Virus record (IMG/VR): IMGVR_UViG_2852743531_000003
Coordinates: 76,993-140,992 of that record
Strand: one strand, 5' to 3'
DNA length: 64,000 nt
Source: a virus
Lineage: Duplodnaviria; Caudoviricetes
Of this stretch, positions 1 through 10,951 are shown in pieces; position 1 is the stretch's first letter, and the number at the start of each line of letters is the position of its first letter. The notes below the pieces were generated by a model. It did no database searches. It saw only the letters and a list, made by a program, of their open reading frames with translations, and was not told the DNA's origin. The translations under genes were made by a program, and so were the position numbers.

Positions 1-482
1 TACGCTCCTTCACGCTTGACGTGCCAGTCGGGCGCACCGTGCGGCGCGAGCTCAGGAACGTGGTGACGTGGGACTACGTCAACGAGCCGGGGCTTTTCAT
101 CGCGAGTAAATTCAATTCGCCCGCGCTCGAGGAAATTGACGAGGCAATGTTTTCCAGGCCGCAGCTGGATCGCGCAGTCGCTGCGGCAAACGCCACGAAT
201 ATCGGCATGGAATCAGCCCAGCTGACCCTGGACGATCTCTATCAGTCGCTTGGATGGCTCACCGAAACCGTCACCCCGCCGTGGCTCGGATGGTAACTAT
301 ACTGAATTAAATGGGGCTGGCGCAGCCGGCCCCTATGCCGTCCACCGTTCGCTCCACCCCGATTCAATCCAGTTTGAACCCTATATCACTGCACTGAGCC
401 GCAAGTGGAAATCTGGCATGGAAAATTCTTACCGCGCCGAAATTTCCTATGCAGTGAATTCTTTCCTTCAACTGGAACACGT

Positions 483-1022
483 ATGGACACCGTCACCGTA
501 ACCGAACACGTTGAACCCGTATTCATTTTCAAGGCACAGGAATACCGGCTCGAGGCCCTCAAGGCACAACTGCCGCGCGCACCGCTGGTTGAAATCAGCA
601 CGGCGGACCTCAATCCGCCGGGAGTCGGGGAAGGTCCGTTTCAGGTGCAGTTCTTTTCCGGTGCAATGGATGGTGCGGGCGAGGAGGTCACGTTCTTCAG
701 GCAGGAGGGCAAATTCACCGTCCTGCTGGGTCAGTCATATGTCCAGGCGCCGCTCAAAGACGGGACCCGGCACGTGCGCGGCCGCATCATTTCAAGCCCT
801 GCGCTCAAGCGCGCCAGAATCGGATCGCCTTTCATCGAAGGATCCGCGCAGGCGCTGCAGGAACCCGTGCGCGAGCCTGTCGCCGTTCAGACCCCGGCTA
901 ATCGCCGCAACACCGGTCTAGCACGCACTGAACCTCGGCGCTGGCACACGAACCCGCGTCCACGGAATGGCGCTGGCGCCCGCGGGCAATCCGCAACGTC
1001 ACGCTATCGCAAGGGAGGCTAA
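483..1022 (+). CDS. hypothetical phage protein
   Basis: ATG at 483 within ORF 405..1022; downstream of a TATATCAC motif at 382-389; basic low-complexity C-terminus. Confidence 0.55.
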   Translation: MDTVTVTEHVEPVFIFKAQEYRLEALKAQLPRAPLVEISTADLNPPGVGEGPFQVQFFSGAMDGAGEEVTFFRQEGKFTVLLGQSYVQAPLKDGTRHVRGRIISSPALKRARIGSPFIEGSAQALQEPVREPVAVQTPANRRNTGLARTEPRRWHTNPRPRNGAGARGQSATSRYRKGG

Positions 1023-1113
1023 CCGGACCACTATCACGGCGCCCCATGTTCACCGCCTCAGGCCCGGACCGAATCCCGGCCAGCCCATCTCTTCATTACC
1101 AGGAAATCCAGCA

Positions 1114-1581
1114 ATGAGCACAACCACACTGAGCCCTGACAAGCATGCGACATCCGCCGCGATCAGGAAGGATCTGAAGGTCAACGAAAAGGGCAGGACC
1201 GAGGTGCCCGACGACCTCTACGAAAAGCACCTGCCAGACGGCATCACCATCGAGACCGTCAATCGTCTCCACGAGCACAATCGCACCTTCTTTCTTGCAA
1301 GCCTCGAAGCCTTCGGAGAAGTCTCCGAAAGCGCGCTGAAGAAGCACAAGGATATCGATCGCACGTCAATGCAGATCAACGCAGGCGATGGTGCGCGTTT
1401 TTCGGCGCAGTATGCCCGATCGGTCAAGCGGGCTGCGACCGGCGAGGATGGCAAGGTCGGCAGCGAAACGACCTACGGCGCGCTCACCGGCAAGTACGTA
1501 ATCAAGGGCGGCAATGCGGACGACTACAACGCCGTCAAGGAGCGGTTTGCGAAGCAGGCAAAGAAGCTGTTCGCGGAATAG
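1114..1581 (+). CDS. hypothetical phage protein (Lys-rich, probably well expressed)
   Basis: AGGA RBS before ATG 1114; followed by a strong terminator. Confidence 0.7.
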   Translation: MSTTTLSPDKHATSAAIRKDLKVNEKGRTEVPDDLYEKHLPDGITIETVNRLHEHNRTFFLASLEAFGEVSESALKKHKDIDRTSMQINAGDGARFSAQYARSVKRAATGEDGKVGSETTYGALTGKYVIKGGNADDYNAVKERFAKQAKKLFAE

Positions 1582-1612
1582 ATCGCTACACGAGGGATCG
1601 CTACACGAGTCT

Positions 1613-1647
1613 GGCGGGATGGGCTTTCCCATCCCGCCTTTCTTTTT
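1613..1647 (+). terminator. intrinsic terminator
   Basis: GGCGGGATGGG/CCCATCCCGCC stem followed by TTTCTTTTT. Confidence 0.85.
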
Positions 1648-1705
1648 GCCCTTCTTCTTTCCGACTCTCATAGCCGGATCTCGTCAATTTTCACCGGAGT
1701 CAACA

Positions 1706-2161
1706 ATGCCAGTCGTCGTCACAGGGGAGTTTTTCAAGAAGGATGTGCATGCGCCCATGCAGACGCATTGCCGCCTCGATGGCGGTCCCCGTCTAAAGCG
1801 CGCCGTGCGCGTCGTCCTGATACGCAAGGCCAATACGCAGCGCTGGGTGGGCCTCGTGTCGGATAGTCCGGCGCAGGTTGGGGTATCGGTCTCGAACGCC
1901 GCTCAGGAGTACATCGAGGCCGCCTGCAGGCTCCCGTCCCGGCCACTTTTCCCCACATCCGTCGCATGGTTTCAGCGAGACTCGCAAGGAAGCTTCGATC
2001 GGCTTCAGTATTCCGGCAATGGTGTCGGGTTCACGGAACTGCAGATGCCAAACGTTCCTGCGCGAAGCTATGAGGCGATGGCCGCGGCCTTCCAGCACGA
2101 AGGCATCGATGCGGATAACGCGTACGTGTCTGAAGCAATTCGTTGGGCACTCACTGACTGA
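1706..2161 (+). CDS. hypothetical protein
   Basis: GGAG RBS before ATG 1706 in ORF 1514..2161. Confidence 0.55.
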   Translation: MPVVVTGEFFKKDVHAPMQTHCRLDGGPRLKRAVRVVLIRKANTQRWVGLVSDSPAQVGVSVSNAAQEYIEAACRLPSRPLFPTSVAWFQRDSQGSFDRLQYSGNGVGFTELQMPNVPARSYEAMAAAFQHEGIDADNAYVSEAIRWALTD

Positions 2162-2163
2162 TC

Positions 2164-2430
2164 ATGCTCGTTGACAGTGCGCCGCCATGCCTTGCTGGCA
2201 TGGGAGTAGGCATGACACAAAACATCCTCACCGTTCTCGCCATTCTTCTGTGGTGCCTGATCGGCACCGTACGTCTGAATCGCATCCCCCTTCTCTCCGA
2301 CGCCCGTCTCTACGCCAGGTACCGTCACGGCCCAGCTATCAACCAGCTTGTGATCGTGATTGTTCTCATCGCGCTCTGGCCAGCAAGCAGGCCCATCAGC
2401 GCATGGTTGACGAGCCGGATATCTCATTAG
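2164..2430 (+). CDS. small membrane protein
   Basis: two hydrophobic segments (ILTVLAILLWCLIG; LVIVIVLIALW); true start may be ATG 2212. Confidence 0.45.
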   Translation: MLVDSAPPCLAGMGVGMTQNILTVLAILLWCLIGTVRLNRIPLLSDARLYARYRHGPAINQLVIVIVLIALWPASRPISAWLTSRISH

Positions 2431-2490
2431 CCTCGCGGCGACACAAGGCCGCGACTTCCCTTCTGCACCCATCCAAACAGGAAACATGCC

Positions 2491-2991
2491 ATGTCCATGC
2501 TCGACAGGAAAGAGGTGGATCAACTCTTCCTCGCGCACAGCACCTTCATCGTGCCGGCGGACGGCCGCGGCTCACACGCCGTCATGTCCGTCGACCAGTT
2601 TCACGCGGCAATCGCGCAACTTGAATCGTCACTGCAGGCACACCAGCCCGTGGCCCCCGAAGCTGCAGGTGTTGTGAAGCTGCCCGACGGCAGCGCCTGC
2701 GCAATCGTGAGTCTTCCGCTACCAAAGGACCACTGGCTTTACGCGCCACACACCTACTCCGCGAACAGGCCTGGCCACGAGCCTGACGAGTTACGCGAGC
2801 CGGTACTGGGACCGCAATACCGTGATGCTGTCGTGGCCGCTGCGCGCTATGCGGTTCGCGCTGCAACGATGTGCGGCCAAGAGCCCGATTTCGATCCTGA
2901 CGCGCTCGTACGCAATACCGTCTGCGCGCTCTGTGGTCCATACGCTCACGGCTCGCTCGCCAGGGATGACCGCACGCCCTCATCCACCTGA
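2491..2991 (+). CDS. hypothetical phage protein
   Basis: AGGA RBS; LPLPKDHWLY and DFDPDALV segments recall small phage hypothetical proteins. Confidence 0.6.
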   Translation: MSMLDRKEVDQLFLAHSTFIVPADGRGSHAVMSVDQFHAAIAQLESSLQAHQPVAPEAAGVVKLPDGSACAIVSLPLPKDHWLYAPHTYSANRPGHEPDELREPVLGPQYRDAVVAAARYAVRAATMCGQEPDFDPDALVRNTVCALCGPYAHGSLARDDRTPSST

Positions 2992-3046
2992 TCACAACGC
3001 ACCGCGAAGCAGCCCTGGCCGGCTTTCCGATCCTTCACAAGGGCCT

Positions 3047-3502
3047 ATGCCATCCCACCTCGTCATCATGGCGTGTTCCGCAACCAAGGGCGTGGTCGCT
3101 GCACCCGCAGTTGATCTCTACCAGGGCGTGATGTATTCGACATTGCGTGCGAACATGCCTGCACGGCCACCGCCCATTCTCATCCTGTCGGCAAGGCACG
3201 GCTTCGTCCTGCCAGACCAGCTTATTGGGCCCTATGAACAGCGGATGACGGAGGCACGTGCCAGCGAAATGCTCGCAAACCTGCCCGCCTTCGACACGGT
3301 CCAGTGGCCCTCAGATCCGGGCTCAATACTGTTAGCCGGTGGAGCAGCCTACCGGCGCGTAATGCGGGCGGCTATCCAGCGCCGTGTCCATCTCGGCCTG
3401 ATCCCGGCCACCGCAACGACGGTCGAGACGACGGGCAGCATTGGCTATCAGCGGGCGCAGCTAGGTGCGTATCTGAGGTCCATGGCAGCGGGCGACGCAT
3501 GA
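3047..3502 (+). CDS. DUF6884-like protein
   Basis: IMACSATK...AVDLYQG...ILSARHG...PYEQRM...LLAGGAAY...IGYQ pattern. Confidence 0.65.
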   Translation: MPSHLVIMACSATKGVVAAPAVDLYQGVMYSTLRANMPARPPPILILSARHGFVLPDQLIGPYEQRMTEARASEMLANLPAFDTVQWPSDPGSILLAGGAAYRRVMRAAIQRRVHLGLIPATATTVETTGSIGYQRAQLGAYLRSMAAGDA

Positions 3503-3572
3503 CATCCGACCCTGCATTCTGCCGGTTACAAGGGCGCATCAAAATTTAATGTACCTCATTGAAAGACACCGC

Positions 3573-3845
3573 ATGAAAACCATCACCATGCCGGTCATCG
3601 CGACCTGCCACATCACCCGGGCAACCGACCGGCTTCTGCAGGACGAAGGCGACCGCAACCCATGGACCATTGCCGCACCGTATGACGAAGGCGTTTTCAT
3701 TTACGTCCAGTCCGAAGATGGGGAAGGCCAACCCGCGGAACTGGGTGATATCTTTGCCTGGGCCCGCAGGCACGGCCACGAGTGGGTTTGCATCGACGCG
3801 GCCGGAGACGTCGTCGACGGGCTTCCGTTGTACGACTGGGACTGA
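3573..3845 (+). CDS. DUF5983-like small acidic protein
   Basis: ATCHI N-terminus; WARRHGHEWVCIDAAG...LPLYDW C-terminus. Confidence 0.55.
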   Translation: MKTITMPVIATCHITRATDRLLQDEGDRNPWTIAAPYDEGVFIYVQSEDGEGQPAELGDIFAWARRHGHEWVCIDAAGDVVDGLPLYDWD

Positions 3846-3901
3846 CGCCAGGCGGGAAGCACGACAGGCACATCGTTTACAGATCATTTTCCAGACGGCA
3901 T

Positions 3902-3946
3902 AGTGCCCTCCCCATTGGGGAGGGCACTGATCACCTTTCTTTTTTT
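3902..3946. terminator. hairpin/terminator between convergent genes
   Basis: perfect 12-bp stem AGTGCCCTCCCC/GGGGAGGGCACT, T-rich tract downstream. Confidence 0.75.
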
Positions 3947-3966
3947 CTTAACCCCAACCACCGCAA

Positions 3967-4941
3967 TCAGGACGTCACTGCGCTGCTTGGCGGCGTATTG
4001 ACCGCGGCGAGCGCCGCGGCCGCGAGCGCGGCCGTCACATCCTGTCCTGTGGGCAGCACCGAGGTCGGGCTAACCTGATTCGCCGCGATCTGCGCGATCT
4101 CGTTCTGGTAGCCGGTCGTCGTGGCAGCCACATCCGGGTTGATCGCGTTGATGAACGCGTTCTGCGTGTAGGGATTGGCGTTCACGATGCTGATCGAGCT
4201 GAGCACCTGCTGTGCGAACGCATCCACCCCCAGACTCCATTGCGCGATGCCCGAGTAGGTAATGTCGACTGTCAGGTTCTCGAGCGCACTGGCCTGATCG
4301 CGCGAGCCCAGGATGTCACCGGTGCCCGTCGGGTACATGTTGGTCACGAGCCACGACTTCACCACCCGCGTATGTGTCGGGTCAGGCTCCATGAACAGCA
4401 TCGTCGCCGAGTACATGTCAGCGAGCATGTCCGGTGGCGGACTCATGCCCGTGATGCCAGAGAGCGTGGCAATATTCGCAAACTTGGTGTCAGGGTCCAT
4501 CATGAGATTCGTGATCCACCCCTGATGAAACATCGACACCGGCATGCCGTATTTCTCGTTCCAGCTGAACTGAGGCTGCGAACGCTCGCGTTTGACATCC
4601 GTGAAGTCCTGCTGCATGTTCCCGCCGCCACCGACTGGCGTCTCCGCCATCTCCACCGTCAGGTGTGCGTTCAGGCCTGTGATACGCAGCGCGTGCAGCT
4701 CCACGAGCGCGCGCAGGGTGCCGATCCATACGTCCGGATTTGGCAGGTAGCTGAAACCCAGCGGAGCCTCGACCAGAATGCAGATCAGGTTGCGCCGGAC
4801 GTACTGCTGGTTGCTGACCCACTGAACGTAGTTCGGAACGAACCCCATCTGACCACCAAAGCGGGGATCAAGCATCGGGTTGTTATGACCTTGCGCGAAA
4901 CCGAACTGGTTTTGCAGAATCGCATTTGCGACGCGCCCCAT
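3967..4941 (-). CDS. tail tube-like major virion protein (phiKZ gp30 position)
   Basis: 324 aa directly downstream of sheath; GGQMG...WVSNQQYVRRN, EKYGMP, EPDPTH...WLVTNMYP segments match recalled phiKZ-like tube proteins. Confidence 0.75.
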   Translation of the reverse strand: MGRVANAILQNQFGFAQGHNNPMLDPRFGGQMGFVPNYVQWVSNQQYVRRNLICILVEAPLGFSYLPNPDVWIGTLRALVELHALRITGLNAHLTVEMAETPVGGGGNMQQDFTDVKRERSQPQFSWNEKYGMPVSMFHQGWITNLMMDPDTKFANIATLSGITGMSPPPDMLADMYSATMLFMEPDPTHTRVVKSWLVTNMYPTGTGDILGSRDQASALENLTVDITYSGIAQWSLGVDAFAQQVLSSISIVNANPYTQNAFINAINPDVAATTTGYQNEIAQIAANQVSPTSVLPTGQDVTAALAAAALAAVNTPPSSAVTS

Positions 4942-5013
4942 GACCGTATCTCCCTTTGCTCAGCATTGCTTACCGTTGCAGACGCTTCCCCAACGGGGCG
5001 AACTGGCTTGCGC

Positions 5014-7119
5014 TCAGGTCGTCGCTGTCGATGACTGGTCCAGCCGCACGGACTGGATCACGATGGTGGCAACCGTCTTCATGCCGGCGGCCGCGATCTG
5101 CAGGATCGAGGTCCAGCTGTAGTTGCGCTGCGCGTCCATGCCGGTGATCGTCGTGGTCGGCGTGATCGTGAAGCGGTTATCGAAGATGTTCGCCACGCGC
5201 GTCGTGATGAAGTTGTTCACGTTCTTGATGAGCTGCGCGTTGGTCATCGATGACACTCCGCTGAACTGACGGCGTGCGAGGTCGCCGATCTTCTCGAGCG
5301 TGCAGATGGCACTGACCGTGAAGAAGCTGTTGAGCACCGACGTGTCGTTGTCGTAGATCGTCTTGAGCGCAGGGAAATACGCCTGACGGCGCGCGCAGGC
5401 TTCGACTCCCACCATGCCGTTGGCCCAGTCCTGGTTGCGCGCGGTCGCACTCCAGAAGGTCACGTTGATGTTCGAGAAGAGGTTGATCTGCGAGCCCGGC
5501 TGCATGTCGAAGGCGTAGCCAGACTTCCACTTGCCGCTGCTCGCGCCCATGTAGGCCGCAGCCTTCGACGCAAGCTCGATGGTGAGTGGCAGCTGGCCGG
5601 TGTAGAGCGAGCCCGTGAGCGAGCCCGAGCCTGGCACCACCATGCCCCGTGCGCAGGGCGTGCCAAAGTAGTCCGACTCGGGGTACTGCTGCAGGAACGC
5701 CTTGAGCGCCACCGCCATGGACGATTCCTCGGAGGCAGTAAGCGGCGGCGAGAGCGTCGAATAGGTCGACAGCGTGATGAACGTGTCCGGCCGTTGCGAG
5801 ATGAACTGCGCCAGCGCCTTCTTGGTGTCGATCGGAAAACCCGAGTCCCAGAAGTGGGAATACGGATACATCACCATTTCCTGGATCGGATCAGCCGCGT
5901 CCGCAAAGCGCGCGGCATCCTCTGCCACGAGCGCCGCAAAGCTTGCATCGTCCATCGTGCCGTCGCTGCCGCCCGATGCCCACAGCGTGCTCGCCTGCCC
6001 CAGATACGCCGCATCCGGGTCCGACGTGTTGAGCTGGAAAGTCGAATAGGGCGCTCCCTTCGACGAGACGCCGCTGACGAAGTTGAAAAGCCACTGCTCG
6101 CCATGCGCACCGGTAAAGTCAGAAAACGAATTGATGGCCGCGGCCTCCGCCGCGTAGAACATCCCGATGAGCGTGGCGAGATTGTCGTCGTAGACGTGCA
6201 GGCTGCCGAACAGGCCGTAGACGTCAGCCGTGCCCGCCGGATTGTTCAGGTCCTGCCAGGCATTCAGGAAGATGTCCTGGATGGATATCTGCGCATCAAG
6301 GGCCGTATCGATCGCGTTGGGCTTGAACGTGACGTCGAGATACGTCGAGCCGTTGATCATGCGCGTGAGCGTACCCGTGCTCGAAGCCGAGGCGCGTGTA
6401 ACGCACGAGACACGAAACGGATAGACGAGATCGTCCTCGATGAAGTTCGAATTGGCCGGCGTTGAGGAATTCACCGTCGGCGCCCACAGGCGCAAGCCAT
6501 CGTTGTTGCCATACGCGCCAAAGCTTGGCACCAGCAGGTCCATCACCGGATAGCGCTGCGACGTATCTGAACCCGAGGATTGATCACCAGCCAGAATCTG
6601 TGCCTCGCCATAGTCGCTTGACCCGTCGGGGCTGTACGTCACCGTCGACACAACCCATTTCGCGATATAGCCCGCAAGCGTTGAGCCCGCGCCCGTAACC
6701 GGAACAGGCGCACCGCTCTCACCCGTCATGAATGAGCCGTCGGTATTGCGCTGGTACTGCTGGATTTGTGCCGGGAGCACATCCAGGCACAGACGCAACG
6801 ACGCGGGCGGATTCGCGTCTCCCGGTTGCAGGCGCCTCACCATGATCGCGTTGCCCTGGGCATTTACTGCATTGGCAAGCACTGTCGCGTGATTGGCCCA
6901 CGGTTTGCGCAGATCGAATGAATCGGCGCCATACAGGTTGGTCAGATCGACACCCGACACGACTTCCTCGGTTGTCGGGCCCATCTGCGTGTACAGATAG
7001 ATGTAAGGGAGGTGCTGGGGAATCTGCTCCGGGGCCGGGGTCACCTGCTGCGTACTGAGATCATCGGTACGCTGGAAGATGGTCATCGGAGCGCCATTGA
7101 CAATCATGGCTGTTGTCAT
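5014..7119 (-). CDS. contractile tail sheath protein (phiKZ gp29-like)
   Basis: ~700 aa from ATG 7119 with AGGA RBS; PQHLP...YGADSFD, GGSDG, WDSGFP, YFGTP, FPALKTIYDNDTSVLNS segments. Confidence 0.8.
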   Translation of the reverse strand: MTTAMIVNGAPMTIFQRTDDLSTQQVTPAPEQIPQHLPYIYLYTQMGPTTEEVVSGVDLTNLYGADSFDLRKPWANHATVLANAVNAQGNAIMVRRLQPGDANPPASLRLCLDVLPAQIQQYQRNTDGSFMTGESGAPVPVTGAGSTLAGYIAKWVVSTVTYSPDGSSDYGEAQILAGDQSSGSDTSQRYPVMDLLVPSFGAYGNNDGLRLWAPTVNSSTPANSNFIEDDLVYPFRVSCVTRASASSTGTLTRMINGSTYLDVTFKPNAIDTALDAQISIQDIFLNAWQDLNNPAGTADVYGLFGSLHVYDDNLATLIGMFYAAEAAAINSFSDFTGAHGEQWLFNFVSGVSSKGAPYSTFQLNTSDPDAAYLGQASTLWASGGSDGTMDDASFAALVAEDAARFADAADPIQEMVMYPYSHFWDSGFPIDTKKALAQFISQRPDTFITLSTYSTLSPPLTASEESSMAVALKAFLQQYPESDYFGTPCARGMVVPGSGSLTGSLYTGQLPLTIELASKAAAYMGASSGKWKSGYAFDMQPGSQINLFSNINVTFWSATARNQDWANGMVGVEACARRQAYFPALKTIYDNDTSVLNSFFTVSAICTLEKIGDLARRQFSGVSSMTNAQLIKNVNNFITTRVANIFDNRFTITPTTTITGMDAQRNYSWTSILQIAAAGMKTVATIVIQSVRLDQSSTATT

Positions 7120-7266
7120 GGTTGTGATCCTGAAATGAAATGCTATGGCTGGAAAGCGATGCGGCGCATCATATAAATTTGTGCGCTTCGTAATCCTCAG
7201 TAATTCACGCGATACGGCATCGCGGGTCACAGGGCGGGCCGTTTCTTCTGGACGAGGGCGTGGAGA

Positions 7267-8223
7267 ATGAAACGCTATGCGACGGCGTACGACACCACGC
7301 AGTGCAGTGGCTACGTACTGGACAGGCTGGACTCAGGACTGAAGGCGGCGCTGCTCGCGGGAGCGCTTGCACCTTCCAACGAGGCGGCCACGATACTGGA
7401 GGTGCACGGAGGACAGCCGCTCGCGGACGCGGTGCCCGAGTTTGCCCACCCGTGGCTGATTACGCACGAAAAAGAACGCGAACAAACACATGGACACGAT
7501 TGGCGCGGGACCATCGTGTTCGATGCCCGCCCGTTCGGCGCCTTCGACAGGATCAAGGGGCAATTTCTTGTCCGCAACGAGATCGAATACGGCCTGCAAC
7601 GGCGCCGCGCGCAACTGAACGACATCTGGGTCAATGACGATCCGGCGCTGCTGCGTGATGTCTCTCCGGTGGCGATGAGCCTCTTCGCAGGCTGGATCAG
7701 CGAGAACCTGGCAAGACGCTTCGCGCTCGATCCCCGCGAGCAGTTGAACATGGCCATCCTCTCGGCCATTCACTACCTTTCGCTCTTTTCCGACGATGGG
7801 AACATCGATACGCCCCAACGCATAAAGATGGCGATGCAGGTGTCGCGTGGCTTGCGCTGTCCGGCTGAGGAAGTCATGACGCTGCTCGAGAAGCGGCAGC
7901 ACGAGGGGCCAGGGATCATCGGCCTGTGCGGGGCTGCCGCAGATGCCACCGGTAGCGTGAGACTGCGTGAGCTCAACCCCGGCATCCTGATCAGCATCGT
8001 CAAGGGCACGTGGTTCGGCATCAACGCCGCCGAAATGCTGGCCGTGGCGCTTGAACATCCGCCCACCTGGCTGGCCCTCCTTGCCGCCGCGCACATCGAA
8101 CGGACCTACCGGAATTCAGGCCTCGCGCGCATGGTCGAGCGTCAGGCCCACAAGGAACCCAACCAGCTCTTCCTGCGCGCCGTGCTCAATCTTGCACAAC
8201 TGGCCGATCGCGGTTCGCGCTAA
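7267..8223 (+). CDS. virion structural protein (phiKZ gp28 position)
   Basis: divergent from sheath; GGAG RBS; VALEHPPTW segment; first gene of the operon ending in terminase. Confidence 0.65.
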   Translation: MKRYATAYDTTQCSGYVLDRLDSGLKAALLAGALAPSNEAATILEVHGGQPLADAVPEFAHPWLITHEKEREQTHGHDWRGTIVFDARPFGAFDRIKGQFLVRNEIEYGLQRRRAQLNDIWVNDDPALLRDVSPVAMSLFAGWISENLARRFALDPREQLNMAILSAIHYLSLFSDDGNIDTPQRIKMAMQVSRGLRCPAEEVMTLLEKRQHEGPGIIGLCGAAADATGSVRLRELNPGILISIVKGTWFGINAAEMLAVALEHPPTWLALLAAAHIERTYRNSGLARMVERQAHKEPNQLFLRAVLNLAQLADRGSR

Positions 8224-8290
8224 GCGCCGCCCCCTTGCCCAGGCTTCGTTTCTGTCGCCCTTCGCGACGCTCTTTGTCCGGGATACGAGC

Positions 8291-10933
8291 ATGTACGACT
8301 ATCTCGTCGATAACGCTTTGCGCAATGTCTGGTGTGCTCCCACCCAGGACCGGCAGGCCATACTCCAGCCTGCGCGGCTCACCCCCGATGGCGGGGTCGT
8401 CAATAGCGTGCAGATCGACTGGTCCCAGTACCGCCTGCCGGTCAGCAACACCGCGTATCACATCTACCAGATCGGACAGATCAGTCCATTCCTGCTGGGC
8501 CTGCTGTCGTGGGCCCGAACATGGACGCCGTTTGCTGTCGCCATGAACCGGCTGAACCTGATCGTGGATCTGTACGTCAACTCCGGCATCCAGCTCGCAC
8601 GCTTCCAGTCGTACTTCATGATCACCCGTGACAACAATCTGGTCGTCGCGGTGCAGTTGCAGTCCACCATCGACATCAACCTGGATCACGAACCCCTGTG
8701 CCTGCGGCTCTACAGCAATGCCTTTTTCCAGAGCCCACGCGCTACCGCCGGCGCGACACAAAACTACATCCAGACCGGCGGCATCGTCCCCAGGATCAAG
8801 ACCGATATCCTGCCCGTCCAGAATACCGTGACGGCACTCAGGGCGCAGCCAGGCACCGTGTACTGCTTCGTGAATGGGTTCAAGGTCGACACGATCAACG
8901 TGGTTACCGCGCAGCCTGGTGACGTGATCGAGTACGTCTATGACAGCTCGGTCTATCGCGTCGCGGATTTCGCACTCACCGGATTGCCGGTGTTCAACAG
9001 TACGCTCGACAGCAAGTACAAGTACCTGCTTCACTACAACGGACGCGGACGCCACACCATCGACTACGAGGACGACATCGACGTGTGGGTCATCTACACG
9101 CTGCCCAGTGGGCTCACACAGGGCGTCTTCTACCACCACAACGAGACAGATGCGATCCGCAACGTCACGCACCGCGACTACGCGTTGCCCACGGCCTATG
9201 TCGCAGGCTATCTGTCTGCACGCGGAAACTGGAACTCGGAGTCGAACGTCACGATCCGCCTCCACATTCGCAAGGCCGGACTCGAGCGGCCACTCATCCA
9301 TGAGAACAACCGCATCTTCGAGCTCTACAAGCTCGATGACGACCAGATTGTCAGCGCGATGGCGGGCGTCGATGCGACGCTCGAAAACTGGCAGGCAGCC
9401 ACACTGGAAGCCGCGCCCTATACCCGGATCATGCGCGCATGCAGTGACAGAAGCGGTAACAGCATGTTTGATCGCCGGACGGTCGAGGAAGCGTACGGGT
9501 ACAACGCGACGAGCCGGCTGGTTGGCATGAGCCCTCTCATTCCGGTACTGGAATCGGGCCAGCTGATCGTCAGCCTGCCCTACAACCTGCAGAGCAACGT
9601 CACGGCGTGGGAATACAACGAAGACGGCACCCTGCTTGGGTATTACCCGCATGCAAGCGGTGGCGTGTATGTCTGCCAGAACAGCGACTGTGCACTCGTC
9701 GAGGTGATCTACGGTGCGGCCAGCCAGCTGCCCGACGACACCTACGGACAGGCGTCGCAGGTGATCGACCCGCGGCTCGACTACCGGATGTACACGTGCG
9801 ACATCGCGTCGGTGACTGGCAAGCCGCTCCTGAACTGGACCGATGTGACCGGCAGCAGCCAGTATGCGATCCAGGACGGCATTCTTACCTGGCTAATCGA
9901 CACCACGAAGACTTACACTTGCGTGAGAAGCAACCGGACGATGCTCGCGTACACGCTCTACATCCAGCCGCAGGAAGGCATCCTGCCGATCACGATCCAG
10001 CAGCAGGGCATTCTTGACTACGTGCTCCAGCTCTTCTCGATGCAGATCCCGATGGGCCAGCTCGACGTGTTCGTGAACGGCCGCTCGATGATCCAGGACC
10101 TGGACTATGTGATGCGGTTTCCGGTGATCATGATTAACAACGTCTCGGCCCTCTCCTTTCCGCAAGACAGACAGCAACAGATCACACTACGCTGGACGGG
10201 CTTCTGCAATAGTGATCTGTCAATTCCGCTGCATCGCGATGTCGGCTGGGTGCAGTATGGGCTTCTGTCGAACAATAACCGCTACAACATCCGCGACGAC
10301 GATGTCACGCGCATCGTGGTCGGTGGCGGTGTATTTCCGAAGTCGAACCTGAAGTTCGCCGAGGATGACGCCAACATTCTCTCGCCGCTGCCGATCAATG
10401 GCCTGCCCTATCAGGTCCAGAAGGTGATCGTGCCGATGCTCGGCGTCACGAACGAGGACACCTGGACCTACTTCGACCGCGCCCTTGCCGTCGACCGCGC
10501 GGTCGAGGACTACATGACCCTCTACTATCCACTGCCTGCACCTGGCGTAGCAAGTGGCCCCGATGTCATCGAAGCACTCTATCCGCTGTTCAGCCCCTTC
10601 TGCTGCAAGATCATCTACGACCTCGTGCTCGGCATCATCGACGAGACGCCCCTCCAGTCGTTCTACAACGACGACTTCGTGCGCGAGGTCTGTCAACCCT
10701 ATGAGTACCTGCTGGCGTTCGACCCGACCCAGCCAGCCAATACACAGGATCCGCGGTTCGTGACGATCCGGCCGCACAACCTCACGGTGACCATTGCGCT
10801 CGAGATCTATGCGTACAACTTCGTGAATAACGCGATCCGGATCTACCTTGGAAACCAGGTGCTGCTGAACAACTACGTCTCCATCGCCGACCTCACGGGT
10901 AGCAACGCGATCACCAGCGCAACCAGCAGTTGA
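8291..10933 (+). CDS. large virion structural protein (phiKZ gp27 position)
   Basis: 880 aa from ATG 8291; begins YLVDNALRNVWCAP.QD.Q; VTHRDY segment; synteny. Confidence 0.7.
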   Translation: MYDYLVDNALRNVWCAPTQDRQAILQPARLTPDGGVVNSVQIDWSQYRLPVSNTAYHIYQIGQISPFLLGLLSWARTWTPFAVAMNRLNLIVDLYVNSGIQLARFQSYFMITRDNNLVVAVQLQSTIDINLDHEPLCLRLYSNAFFQSPRATAGATQNYIQTGGIVPRIKTDILPVQNTVTALRAQPGTVYCFVNGFKVDTINVVTAQPGDVIEYVYDSSVYRVADFALTGLPVFNSTLDSKYKYLLHYNGRGRHTIDYEDDIDVWVIYTLPSGLTQGVFYHHNETDAIRNVTHRDYALPTAYVAGYLSARGNWNSESNVTIRLHIRKAGLERPLIHENNRIFELYKLDDDQIVSAMAGVDATLENWQAATLEAAPYTRIMRACSDRSGNSMFDRRTVEEAYGYNATSRLVGMSPLIPVLESGQLIVSLPYNLQSNVTAWEYNEDGTLLGYYPHASGGVYVCQNSDCALVEVIYGAASQLPDDTYGQASQVIDPRLDYRMYTCDIASVTGKPLLNWTDVTGSSQYAIQDGILTWLIDTTKTYTCVRSNRTMLAYTLYIQPQEGILPITIQQQGILDYVLQLFSMQIPMGQLDVFVNGRSMIQDLDYVMRFPVIMINNVSALSFPQDRQQQITLRWTGFCNSDLSIPLHRDVGWVQYGLLSNNNRYNIRDDDVTRIVVGGGVFPKSNLKFAEDDANILSPLPINGLPYQVQKVIVPMLGVTNEDTWTYFDRALAVDRAVEDYMTLYYPLPAPGVASGPDVIEALYPLFSPFCCKIIYDLVLGIIDETPLQSFYNDDFVREVCQPYEYLLAFDPTQPANTQDPRFVTIRPHNLTVTIALEIYAYNFVNNAIRIYLGNQVLLNNYVSIADLTGSNAITSATSS

Positions 10934-10951
10934 AGCACAGCGGAGATTTTC

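Noticed and set aside
1581-1609. Tandem 14-bp repeat GATCGCTACACGAG x2
   Set aside because: Only two copies with a 1-bp spacer; a local duplication, not CRISPR or iterons
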